From an uncultured archaeon (GTDB lineage: Archaea; Thermoproteota; Nitrososphaeria_A; Caldarchaeales; Calditenuaceae): a DNA stretch of 64,000 nt. The stretch is from positions 17,017 to 81,016 of the forward strand of contig CALIKS010000015.1 of NCBI GenBank assembly GCA_938017985.1, in the 5' to 3' direction. The translations under genes and the position numbers were made by a program. Below are positions 47,271 to 56,376 of this stretch, one piece after another. Every line of letters begins with the position of its first letter. The first letter of the stretch is position 1. The notes beneath the pieces are model-generated. The model searched no databases. It was not told where the DNA came from and saw only the letters and a program-made list of their open reading frames with translations.

Positions 47271-48416
47271 ATGATAGAATACGCAACACTCGCATTAGCC
47301 TCATTATTAGTGATTGTTTATCTCATATTTATCGCGAGACGTATTAGAGAAGAGCGATGCCTGGTAAGACTTACTGACTCTGAGAAGTCTCATGAAGATG
47401 CGCTCATCTCAATCATAATACCTGCCAGGAACGAGGCTGAAACAATCAGTAGATGCATCGAGGGAGTACTCTCTCAGAGAGGCTTCAAGAAGGAAGTCAT
47501 CATTGTTGATGACTCGTCAGAAGACGAGACGACACTCATCGTCCTGAAGAATTATCTTAGCCGAGGAGTTAAGCTCGTAAGAGTAAGTGAAAGGAGCGAC
47601 GAATGGATAGGTAAGAGCTGGGCATGCCATGTAGGATACACAGAGACAAGTGGTGACTGGCTTCTATTCATTGATGCTGATGCTTCATTCGTGGATGAGT
47701 ACGTGGTTAGGGACACACTTACCTATGCCATCAATAATAAAATAGATGCATTATCTCTAATCCCGATGCTTGAGACGGATACTACTGCTTCTAGAATCAT
47801 GCTGCCAACGCTTACTGCACTTAAGTATGTATTGGCTCCTCCGCGTAGGAGTAATGATCCGAGGGATAAGCTCTCATTCTTCTATGGCTCATACATGCTG
47901 TTCAGAAGAAGGGTCTATGAATCGATTGGCGGGCATAGAGCCGTTAGGAAACACATACTTGAGGACAAGGCGCTGGGAGAGCTTACAAAATCAATGGGAT
48001 ACAGGGTCGCGTTGCTTGATGGGCGGAGAAGAATGAGGGCAAGATTTAACGACACGATGCATGACTACATGAACGCCCTGCTGCGACTGTTTACCGAGTA
48101 TGCGGAGTCGTCTGGCATTAAGAAGGTATGGAAATACATCATCGGCGGAATTGTGTTCTTAATTCTACCCATAGTTCTCGCAGCATATGCGCTAATTTCT
48201 CTAAACTTAGTATTATCCTTACCATTCTTCTTGATGTTTTTTGCTCAGGCTTATGAGTTGAGGAAGCTAGAGGCTCCCATTCATTATTTTCCACTCGTCG
48301 CTGTCTCCGCCATCGTTATCATCTCTATGCTTCTCGTCGTCGGCATCAGGTATGTTAGGGGAGGCGTAAAGCTCGAATGGAAGGGCCGCCAATACATATT
48401 TAAACACAAGCCGTAA
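47271..48416 (+). CDS. family 2 glycosyltransferase with C-terminal transmembrane segments
   Basis: 381 aa. Motifs are ISIIIPARNEAETISRCI, VDDSSEDET and FIDADA, with hydrophobic helices at both ends. Confidence 0.85.
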   Translation: MIEYATLALASLLVIVYLIFIARRIREERCLVRLTDSEKSHEDALISIIIPARNEAETISRCIEGVLSQRGFKKEVIIVDDSSEDETTLIVLKNYLSRGVKLVRVSERSDEWIGKSWACHVGYTETSGDWLLFIDADASFVDEYVVRDTLTYAINNKIDALSLIPMLETDTTASRIMLPTLTALKYVLAPPRRSNDPRDKLSFFYGSYMLFRRRVYESIGGHRAVRKHILEDKALGELTKSMGYRVALLDGRRRMRARFNDTMHDYMNALLRLFTEYAESSGIKKVWKYIIGGIVFLILPIVLAAYALISLNLVLSLPFFLMFFAQAYELRKLEAPIHYFPLVAVSAIVIISMLLVVGIRYVRGGVKLEWKGRQYIFKHKP

Positions 48417-48445
48417 TCAGATGCTTAAAAGACGAGTGATATGAC

Positions 48446-49183
48446 TTGGGCATCATTGATCACCTCATTTCTGCCGTATTGATATCTATTATTCCTATTC
48501 TCTATACAAGCGCTGGGTTTGCCGGTGGCTCTGCGTTCTTAGCGGTCTTACTATTATCAGGATATTCCCCCATCGAGGCGAGTTTTTATGGATTAATTTT
48601 TAACGTAGTCTCAGCCTCTGCATCTTTTATTCGTTGGCGTAGGTATCTTGAGAGAGGCCTAGTATGGTACGTAGTCGGCTCGATGCCGCTTGCCTACGTT
48701 GGCGGCCAGCTCAGAATTTCAGAGGTATGGCTGAGGCTCCTAATAACTGCATTAGTCATCACGTCTGGAACATTAATGCTGCTCACGACGGGCCCAAGCA
48801 GGCCTAAAAGTCTCTCGCCATATGTGAGAGTGATGGTCGGCATGCTTATTGGACTCGCAGCCGGCATCACTGGAATCGGTGGAGGCATCTATCTCTCTCC
48901 TTTCTTAGTCTTTTCTCGCGACGCTCTTCCAAAACAGACAGCCGCTACGACTACGTTCTTCATACTTCTAAACTCCCTCTCCGGCCTCTTTGGAAAGATT
49001 GTTGGAATGAATACTCCCTCTAACTTCAATCTGGTAATTATGCTCGTCATGCCAATGGTAGTTCTCGGAGCCTTGATAGGAAGCTTCATCGGCGCCAATA
49101 AGCTTAGGCAATCCTCAACTAGAAAATTAATGGGAACAATACTAATAATAATCGGATTTTCTATTCTTCTTGCTGGTCAATGA
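48446..49183 (+). CDS. TauE/SafE-family sulfite/anion exporter
   Basis: 245 aa and polytopic, with repeated GxGGG segments (AGITGIGGGIYLSP). TTG start. Confidence 0.78.
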   Translation: MGIIDHLISAVLISIIPILYTSAGFAGGSAFLAVLLLSGYSPIEASFYGLIFNVVSASASFIRWRRYLERGLVWYVVGSMPLAYVGGQLRISEVWLRLLITALVITSGTLMLLTTGPSRPKSLSPYVRVMVGMLIGLAAGITGIGGGIYLSPFLVFSRDALPKQTAATTTFFILLNSLSGLFGKIVGMNTPSNFNLVIMLVMPMVVLGALIGSFIGANKLRQSSTRKLMGTILIIIGFSILLAGQ

Positions 49184-49209
49184 AAAAAAGGATAAATTTT
49201 TGATGGACT

Positions 49210-50232
49210 ATGAGTAATTCAATGCGGCGCTTTAATTTGAGAATTGGTTTTACCGCATCGATGGAGGAATATCAGCCTAACTTTCTACTAGGCCTAGTGC
49301 CCGAGATAGAGAAGGCCGGATTTGACTCAGTCTGGGCCAGTGACCATTTTCATCCATGGTTCCATACAAATGCTGCGGGAGGCTTTGCATGGGTCTGGAT
49401 AGCTTCTGCGGCTGAGAGGAGCAGAAAATTATCATTCGGCACAGGCGTGACGTGTCCAACGATGAGGTACAATCCCGCCATTGTAGCGCAGGCCTTTGCG
49501 ACGCTTGACTCTATGTATCCCGGCAGGATACTCTTAGGGCTTGGTACTGGAGAGGCGATGAATGAGGTGCCTGTCGGCTGTTCATGGCCACCGTTTAAGG
49601 ATAGGGTTAAGATGCTTGAGGAAGCCATAATGATAATCAAGAAGTTGTGGAATGAGAGTTTTGTTGATTTTAAGGGAAAATATTATGTGCTCAGGAGGGC
49701 GAATCTCTATACGCGTCCATCAATGCCTATTCCGATCTATGTAGCGGCTAGCGGGCCTACTGTCGCGGAGCTTGCTGGTAGACTTGCCGATGGCTTCTTG
49801 ACGATTCCATTTGAGGATGCTCATTATCGTGATGTACTTTTTCCAGCAGTGGAGAGAGGAGCAAAAAGTGTTGGGCGCAGCTTAGAGGACATAGACATGG
49901 CTGTCGAGGTATATGTATCTTATGATGAGGATTATGACGCTGCGTTAAGGTCAGTCAAGTGTTGGGCAGCTACTCTTCTGCCCTTCATGTTCAAGTATCC
50001 CATCTATGACCCAAGAGAGATCGAGTCGTATGGTATGCTTGTTGGTGAAGAACATTTAAAGAAGGCATGGATGATAGGCACTACGCCTGAAGACCACATA
50101 AAACATATTGAACGTTACATAGGTCTGGGCTTTAGGAACATTCACGTTACGAGTTCGAGTCCTGACGAGAGAAAGACAATCGAGATGTATGGAAGACACG
50201 TTATTCCATACTTGAAATCAACGTACGGATAG
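49210..50232 (+). CDS. LLM-class F420-dependent oxidoreductase (G6PD-like subfamily)
   Basis: 340 aa. AGFDSVWASDHFHPWFH and GLGTGEAMNE are present. It is a paralog of 17664-18692. Confidence 0.78.
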   Translation: MSNSMRRFNLRIGFTASMEEYQPNFLLGLVPEIEKAGFDSVWASDHFHPWFHTNAAGGFAWVWIASAAERSRKLSFGTGVTCPTMRYNPAIVAQAFATLDSMYPGRILLGLGTGEAMNEVPVGCSWPPFKDRVKMLEEAIMIIKKLWNESFVDFKGKYYVLRRANLYTRPSMPIPIYVAASGPTVAELAGRLADGFLTIPFEDAHYRDVLFPAVERGAKSVGRSLEDIDMAVEVYVSYDEDYDAALRSVKCWAATLLPFMFKYPIYDPREIESYGMLVGEEHLKKAWMIGTTPEDHIKHIERYIGLGFRNIHVTSSSPDERKTIEMYGRHVIPYLKSTYG

Positions 50233-50277
50233 GACGGGCGGCACGTCAGTTTCTTGGCGTCTCAACATTGTTAAGCC

Positions 50278-50285
50278 TTAAATAA
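50278..50285 (+). promoter_or_regulatory. TATA-like box upstream of rps12
   Basis: TTAAATAA is centred about 28 nt upstream of ATG 50310, the geometry expected for a leaderless transcript. Confidence 0.45.
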
Positions 50286-50309
50286 TCCATCAATAACATT
50301 TTTGAAAGA

Positions 50310-50738
50310 ATGGGTAACGGAGAATACGCAGCAAGAAGCCTGATGAAAGTCAGGAAGAGGTTCAGGTGGAGCCAGCGCAAGTATAGAGTGAGGATGCTCA
50401 AGCTCAAGGAGAAGTATGACCCGCTGGAAGGAGCACCAATGGCTAGAGGCATCGTGATCGAGAAGAAAGGAATAGAGTCACGGCAGCCCAACAGCGCAGT
50501 GAGAAAATGCGTCAGGGTCCAGTTAATCAAGAATGGAAAAGTCGTGACGGCTTTTCTGCCGGGCGACGGCGCCCTTAACGTTGTCGATGAACACGACGAA
50601 GTGATAATACAGGGAATAGGAGGCACGCTCGGAAAGAGCTATGGCGACTTGCCGGGAGTCAGGTACGAGGTAAGCATGGTTAATGGTGTACCCCTAAAAC
50701 TTTTAGTCTTAGGCAAGGTGAAGAAGCCTAGACGTTAA
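50310..50738 (+). CDS. rps12: 30S ribosomal protein S12 (uS12)
   Basis: 142 aa. [41 protein letters not shown] is the conserved uS12 core. Confidence 0.95.
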   Translation: MGNGEYAARSLMKVRKRFRWSQRKYRVRMLKLKEKYDPLEGAPMARGIVIEKKGIESRQPNSAVRKCVRVQLIKNGKVVTAFLPGDGALNVVDEHDEVIIQGIGGTLGKSYGDLPGVRYEVSMVNGVPLKLLVLGKVKKPRR

Positions 50739-50845
50739 GAATGCATCAAAATTTAAAAGCTTCAATCGTATACGTAGCGATACTTGTTATTTTCAAGCCT
50801 TAAATACTGCTAATGCCTGATTTATAAGGGGGTATATAAATAGGA

Positions 50846-51424
50846 ATGACTTCAAGCTATCCGGAGCCTAAGATTGAGATTCAAAACGTAGTGGCATCAG
50901 TCACGCTTAACCAGAGGCTAGACCTACAAGCAATACAGAATGCTTTTCCAGAGGTTGAGTATAAGCCGGCACAGTTTCCAGGCCTCGTTTTTAGGCTTGC
51001 AAAGCCAAAGACAGCTACGCTAATCTTCAGCAGCGGAAAGATGGTCTGCACTGGAGCAAAGAGTGAGGACGAAGCGATCAAGGCAGTCAAGACAGTTGTT
51101 AAGCTCTTGAAGAAGTATAACTTCTTGATTCGTGAAGAGCCAATCATAGAGATTCAGAACATAGTTGCATCGATTGATCTTAAGGGAGAGATAAACCTAG
51201 AGAACGCAGCACAGAAGTTAGAGAACGTCATGTATGAGCCTGAGCAGTTTCCAGGACTGATATACAGAATGTCTTCACCAAAAGTAGTCATTCTGATGTT
51301 TGCGAGTGGAAAACTAGTATGTACTGGAGCAAAATATGAACGCGAAGTATACGAAGCAATAAATAAACTAACAGAAGAACTCAACAAACTAGGACTAATC
51401 ACTTACAAGAAAGTCGAGGAATAA
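50846..51424 (+). CDS. tbp: TATA-box binding protein
   Basis: 192 aa with two direct repeats (IQNVVASV...FPGLVFRL...SGKMVCTGAKS and IQNIVASI...FPGLIYRM...SGKLVCTGAK). Confidence 0.96.
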   Translation: MTSSYPEPKIEIQNVVASVTLNQRLDLQAIQNAFPEVEYKPAQFPGLVFRLAKPKTATLIFSSGKMVCTGAKSEDEAIKAVKTVVKLLKKYNFLIREEPIIEIQNIVASIDLKGEINLENAAQKLENVMYEPEQFPGLIYRMSSPKVVILMFASGKLVCTGAKYEREVYEAINKLTEELNKLGLITYKKVEE

Positions 51425-51462
51425 TTCATATTGATAAGTAACTATTCGGGCTTCTTGTCTTG

Positions 51463-52560
51463 ATGTTTAAGGTAATCTGTTCAAGATGCGGAGTACCTCA
51501 AGAAGAAGATGACCATTGGAAATGTCCGAGATGCGGGTATCCATACAGAATAGTATGGGAAGAACCATTCAATCCGAAAGACATTGATTCTCACGACTAC
51601 TCATTATGGAGGTATAGAAGATTCATAGCTGTTGCGCGTCAAGGTGAACGTGTCTCAATGGGTGAGGGACTCACACCATTAATTCCGACAAGTACGCCAT
51701 ATCTTTACGCTAAGCTTGAATTCATGATGCCTACTGGCTCATACAAGGACAGAGGCTCAACAGTCCTCATCACTTCGGTTAAGCACCTAATAGATGGCAG
51801 GCGATACAGGGAGGTCTCGATCGAGTCTTCTGGAAACGCGGGCTCATCAGTGGCGGCATATGCCGCGAAGGCTGGAATAAAATGCACGGTCTATACATAC
51901 CTCTCAATAAAGGAGAGTAAGTTGAGACAGATATTGGCTTATGGTGCAGAGATAGTAAAGTTGCCTGGAGACGTCTCCGTCGTCTCAAAGGCTGCGCAGA
52001 CTGCTCCTAATAGTCTCTATGTCAGCCATGCGTGGAATCCATATTTCCAGGAGGGGACAAAGACGATTGCTTACGAGATTGCTGAGCAGAGGGGTTGGAC
52101 CGCTCCTGACTACGTCTTCGTGCCTACCTCTGCCGGCTCATTAATCCTAGGCGTAATCAATGGATTCAGACATCTGTTCAGCTCAGGGGTTATCGATAAA
52201 ATGCCCACAATAGTTGCTGTACAACCATTAGAGGTCTCACCCGTCTATCATGCATTAATGAATAAGCCCTATAAACCTCCCACCGAGCTGACAACAGTCG
52301 CAGACGCCCTGATAAGCACTAAGCCCATAAGGCTACAAGAGATGGTTGACTCGCTGAGAGAGACAAGGGGCTCAGCAGAGATTGTCGAGGACCAAGAAAT
52401 CCTAAACTCACATAAACAACTAGCAGCTGAAGGACTCTATGTCGAGCCAAGCTCAGCCACCACGCTCGCAGCATACAATAAGTGGAAAGAGCAGGGAAAG
52501 ATTAAGCATGGAGAGGACGCTGTACTCCTCCTAACTGGAAGCGGACTAAAAATCGCTTAG
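51463..52560 (+). CDS. thrC: threonine synthase (PLP fold type II) with an N-terminal zinc ribbon
   Basis: CSRCG...CPRCG forms the ribbon. PTGSYKDRG carries the PLP lysine, followed by SSGNAG. ATG 51463 is preferred to the adjacent TTG at 51460. Confidence 0.8.
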   Translation: MFKVICSRCGVPQEEDDHWKCPRCGYPYRIVWEEPFNPKDIDSHDYSLWRYRRFIAVARQGERVSMGEGLTPLIPTSTPYLYAKLEFMMPTGSYKDRGSTVLITSVKHLIDGRRYREVSIESSGNAGSSVAAYAAKAGIKCTVYTYLSIKESKLRQILAYGAEIVKLPGDVSVVSKAAQTAPNSLYVSHAWNPYFQEGTKTIAYEIAEQRGWTAPDYVFVPTSAGSLILGVINGFRHLFSSGVIDKMPTIVAVQPLEVSPVYHALMNKPYKPPTELTTVADALISTKPIRLQEMVDSLRETRGSAEIVEDQEILNSHKQLAAEGLYVEPSSATTLAAYNKWKEQGKIKHGEDAVLLLTGSGLKIA

Positions 52561-52611
52561 AAACTACTATTAATATCTGGGCATGTAATTGTAACGTTGG
52601 GTGACGGATGA

Positions 52612-53886
52612 ATGTCTGAGAAGACATCTAGGATACCGAAATTCTACCAGCTCAGCGTCGAGGAGCGGCTCAGAATAGTCTCAGAATTCTCAGGCCTCAA
52701 CAGCAATGAGCAGGAGATGCTGCTTAGGGGCGGCCTAGACCTCGCCACTGCCAACAGAATGATCGAGAACGTGATAGGGATATTCCAGATACCGCTTGGA
52801 ATAGCAGTCAACTTCCTGATTGATGGTAAAGACTACTTGGTGCCAATGGTTATTGAGGAGCCGTCAGTCGTCGCGGCCGCTTCCAACGCGGCGAGATGGG
52901 CGAGAGAGGGAGGTGGAATAGAGACCTGGTCGTCTGAACAAGTAATGATTGGTCAGATACAACTTGTAGGCGTAAATAACCCATACGCAGCAATATTCGA
53001 GATAATCAAGAGGAAAGAAGAGCTAATCAAGATAGCGAACGAGAAGGACCCAGTACTAGTAAATCTAGGCGGCGGTGCAAGAGACATCGAAGCGAGGGTA
53101 ATCCAGACAATCGCTGGCCCAATGATTATTACTCATCTCTACGTAGATGTACGCGACGCCATGGGTGCCAACGCGGTGAACACGATGGCTGAGGCAGTTG
53201 CTCCACACTTGGCATCGATTACTGGCGGCAGGTTCAGGCTGCGAATAATCTCCAACCTCGCTGACAGGAGATTGGTCAGGGCTAAGACGAGGATTCTTCC
53301 CTCCTCCATCGGCGGCAAGGAGGTGGCTGAGGGAATCTATGAGGCCTATGCCTTCGCGCTCGCCGACCCATACAGGGCCGCCACTCATAACAAGGGAATC
53401 ATGAATGGCATAGACGCAGTCGCATTAGCTACTGGTAACGACTGGAGAGCCATCGAGGCTGGAGCACATGCATACGCGGCTAGGAATGGAAGATACGAGC
53501 CGCTCACAAGATGGGAGCTCACGGAGAACGGTGAATTGATAGGCACGCTGGAGATGCCCCTCGCGGTCGGAATAGTTGGAGGAGCCACGAGGACGAATCC
53601 GCTCGCAAGATTGTCGCTGAAGATTCTCGGAGTAAAGTCTGCCTCTGAGCTTGCGAGGGTGATGGCTGCGGTGGGACTTGTACAGAACCTGGCTGCTCTA
53701 AGGGCGCTGGCAGCCGAGGGTATACAGGCGGGACATATGTCGCTCCACGCTAAGAATATCGCAGTGATGGCCGGAGCTGTCGGAGAGGAGATCGACATCG
53801 TCGCTGAGCAGATGATTAGGGAGAGAATGATACGCGTAGACAGGGCGCAGCAGATACTGAGCCAGCTGAGAAGCGGCAAGGCATAA
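52612..53886 (+). CDS. hmgA: hydroxymethylglutaryl-CoA reductase, class II type
   Basis: 424 aa. ANRMIENVIGIFQIPLGIAVNFLIDGKDYLVPMVIEEPSVVAAAS is near-colinear with the Pseudomonas mevalonii class II enzyme as I recall it. DAMGANAVN is also present. Confidence 0.88.
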   Translation: MSEKTSRIPKFYQLSVEERLRIVSEFSGLNSNEQEMLLRGGLDLATANRMIENVIGIFQIPLGIAVNFLIDGKDYLVPMVIEEPSVVAAASNAARWAREGGGIETWSSEQVMIGQIQLVGVNNPYAAIFEIIKRKEELIKIANEKDPVLVNLGGGARDIEARVIQTIAGPMIITHLYVDVRDAMGANAVNTMAEAVAPHLASITGGRFRLRIISNLADRRLVRAKTRILPSSIGGKEVAEGIYEAYAFALADPYRAATHNKGIMNGIDAVALATGNDWRAIEAGAHAYAARNGRYEPLTRWELTENGELIGTLEMPLAVGIVGGATRTNPLARLSLKILGVKSASELARVMAAVGLVQNLAALRALAAEGIQAGHMSLHAKNIAVMAGAVGEEIDIVAEQMIRERMIRVDRAQQILSQLRSGKA

Positions 53887-53956
53887 TCTCAAAAGAACTC
53901 ATGCTTGTAGAGTAGAAATCCTTAAGTAGGATAATTAATTATTCTTCTATCTTGAT

Positions 53957-54496
53957 ATGACTAGCCGTGGCAAGGTCTGGATAGCGCGTGACTTTTTGAA
54001 GTGCAGTGGCTGTAGACTCTGCGAGATTGTCTGCTCACTTCATCACGAGGGGAGAATTTGGCCTGAGGCGTCTAGGGTCAGGGTCTTCATGCTTATTCCC
54101 GGCGTCGAGTATCCACATCTCTGCGCACAGTGCCATGACCATCCATGCATGGATGCCTGCCCGACAGGAGCGATATCCGTGAATGACGAGACCGGCGCCA
54201 TAAATGTTAATAGAGATATGTGTACTGGCTGTGCGTCCTGTGTTGATGCTTGTCCAGGAAGGATTCCGCATCTTCATCCAACGCTTAACTATGCCTTGAT
54301 CTGCGACCTATGCGGCGGGGACCCAGAGTGCGCAAAGATATGCAGCGAGGGTGGATGGAATGCTTTGAGGATTGTTCCACATACTGATGACCCGCTGGAG
54401 CTATATGCCTATAGGCTCTATGCGAGGAAGCCTGAGGACGCTACTAAGGGGCTGGTCGCTCAGCTATACGGCGAGGCGGGTGAGGAGATGCTATGA
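53957..54496 (+). CDS. 4Fe-4S dicluster ferredoxin-like subunit (partner of the AOR-family enzyme)
   Basis: 179 aa with four Cys clusters (CSGCRLCEIVC, CAQCHDHPCMDACP, CTGCASCVDACP, CDLCGGDPECAKIC). The stop overlaps the AOR start by 4 nt. Confidence 0.85.
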   Translation: MTSRGKVWIARDFLKCSGCRLCEIVCSLHHEGRIWPEASRVRVFMLIPGVEYPHLCAQCHDHPCMDACPTGAISVNDETGAINVNRDMCTGCASCVDACPGRIPHLHPTLNYALICDLCGGDPECAKICSEGGWNALRIVPHTDDPLELYAYRLYARKPEDATKGLVAQLYGEAGEEML

Positions 54497-56361
54497 GTGG
54501 CAGGGGCTATGCGGGCAAGTTCGCAGAGATAGACCTCTCGACTGGCAGTATCAAGGAGACAAGATTCCCGGAGGAGGTCTTAAGAAGATACGTCGGCGGC
54601 AGGGGGCTCGGCGTAAAGATCCTCTGGGACAGGCTTGGTGCCAAGTGGGACGAGATTGATCCACTGGGCCCGGAGAACATCCTGCTCTTCTTGACTGGGC
54701 CGCTGACTGGATTCTTCCCGGGTGGAAGGATATGCATTACTGGCAAGTCTCCGCAGAGCAACGGCGTTGTGGGCAGCACGATTGCGGGTGAGTTTCCAGC
54801 CGAGCTGAAGTGCGCTGGCTGGGATGGATTAATAATTACTGGAGAGTCTGAGAAGCCCTGCTACATATTCGTGAAGGACTCGGAGATAGATATAAGGGAC
54901 GCGAGTCATGTGTGGGGAAGCAGAGCGAAGAAGACCTACCTCACACTCGTCAAGGAGGTTAGAGACGAGCTCAACGCGAAGAATCCATTATACGGCGAGT
55001 GGAAGGAGCCCGCCATCTACATGATTGGGACAGCAGGCGAGAAGAAGGTGAGGACCGCCGGCGTGGTCGGCAAGTGGGCCCACGGAGCCGGGTACGGAGG
55101 ATATGGAGCAGTCATGGGCTCTAAGAAGCTGAAGGCGGTCTTGGTTAAGGGCACCGGGCCGCTCCCACCTGTTGCTGACCATGAGAAAACGATGCAGCTC
55201 ATCAAAAAGGTCTGGAGAATTAATTTCCAGCACGACTTGAATAGGAGATGGGGTACGGGCTATGCCGGATACAACGTTGGCGCCCAGTACAGCTCCGAGC
55301 CGGTCAGGAACTGGCAGGAGGAGTGGCACGACGAGAGGAGCTTCGGAGTAGACGAGTTTGAGCGGAGGGTCTGGGTAAAGAGGTACTGGGGAGACTTTAA
55401 CTGCCCAACCACCTGCCTGAAGCTAGCAGTCGTCAGGACTGGTAAGTACAAGAACAGCATCGCTGACAATCCTGACTATGAGCTGCAGGCCTACGAGGGA
55501 ACGAACCTGGGAATCTTCACTCCTGAGGAGAATGTCTATCTAGTCAGCGTGATCGAGGAGTGGGGATTCTGCGGGATACAGGTGGGAAACACGATGGGGT
55601 TCGCGGCGGAGCTATACCAGAGAGGAATACTCACGAAGGAAGAGCTGGGAGGAATTGAGCTGAAGTGGGGAGACGCGGATGCCTTCGCGAGACTCGCAGA
55701 GATGATTGCGAAGAGGGAGGGCATAGGAGACATACTTGCAGAGGGCACGTTCCGCGCCGCGCTTAAGCTTGGAGAGATGAAGGGATTAGACTTATTAAAG
55801 TATGCGGTTCAGAGCAAGGGCATAGGGATTGGCGCCCACGGAATTAGGAGTGGTCTTGACTATCCAATGGGCATATCTTATGCTTGCTCAGTGCAGGGCG
55901 GGGACCATACCTCGGTAGCGCTGATTCCAATAACTAGAACTGTGAGCGACCACAGCATGATGATGTCTGACTCCGGAGTATACTGCCTCTTCAATGAACT
56001 CTACTTAAAGAAAGAAGAAATCATAGAGTTCTTCAACGCAGTGACTGGATTCGGATATACAGTCGATGAGTGGTACTACGACATAGCGATGAGAATCGTG
56101 GAGATTCAGAGAGCGATGCTCCTATTAGGCGGGCCGGACGTCAAGTGGAGGATAGATGAGAACCCAGCCAGGTTCTATGAGCCTCTGCCATCAGGCCCGA
56201 AGAAGGGACAAGCTCCAACGAGAGAAGAGATTGAGAAGATGAAGCAGGAGTACTACAAGATCGTGGGCTGGGACGAGAGAGGCATCCCGAAGTCCGAGAC
56301 GCTTAAAAAGCTCGGGCTAGAAGACGTGGATAAAGTCCTAAGAGAGAAGCTCGAGCTCTAA
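54493..56361 (+). CDS. aor: aldehyde:ferredoxin oxidoreductase-family tungstopterin enzyme
   Basis: 622 aa. It has the AOR N-terminal domain YAGKFAEIDLSTGSIKE...YVGGRGLG, and the size and C-terminal domains are typical of the family. Confidence 0.9.
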   Translation: MSGRGYAGKFAEIDLSTGSIKETRFPEEVLRRYVGGRGLGVKILWDRLGAKWDEIDPLGPENILLFLTGPLTGFFPGGRICITGKSPQSNGVVGSTIAGEFPAELKCAGWDGLIITGESEKPCYIFVKDSEIDIRDASHVWGSRAKKTYLTLVKEVRDELNAKNPLYGEWKEPAIYMIGTAGEKKVRTAGVVGKWAHGAGYGGYGAVMGSKKLKAVLVKGTGPLPPVADHEKTMQLIKKVWRINFQHDLNRRWGTGYAGYNVGAQYSSEPVRNWQEEWHDERSFGVDEFERRVWVKRYWGDFNCPTTCLKLAVVRTGKYKNSIADNPDYELQAYEGTNLGIFTPEENVYLVSVIEEWGFCGIQVGNTMGFAAELYQRGILTKEELGGIELKWGDADAFARLAEMIAKREGIGDILAEGTFRAALKLGEMKGLDLLKYAVQSKGIGIGAHGIRSGLDYPMGISYACSVQGGDHTSVALIPITRTVSDHSMMMSDSGVYCLFNELYLKKEEIIEFFNAVTGFGYTVDEWYYDIAMRIVEIQRAMLLLGGPDVKWRIDENPARFYEPLPSGPKKGQAPTREEIEKMKQEYYKIVGWDERGIPKSETLKKLGLEDVDKVLREKLEL

Positions 56362-56376
56362 ACAATCATTTTTTTT

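Noticed and set aside
50246-50626. 126-aa minus ORF overlapping rps12; similarly 53385-53879 over hmgA and 19666-20001 over the DgaE-like gene
   Set aside because: They lie antisense to strongly supported genes and have no recognisable motifs.
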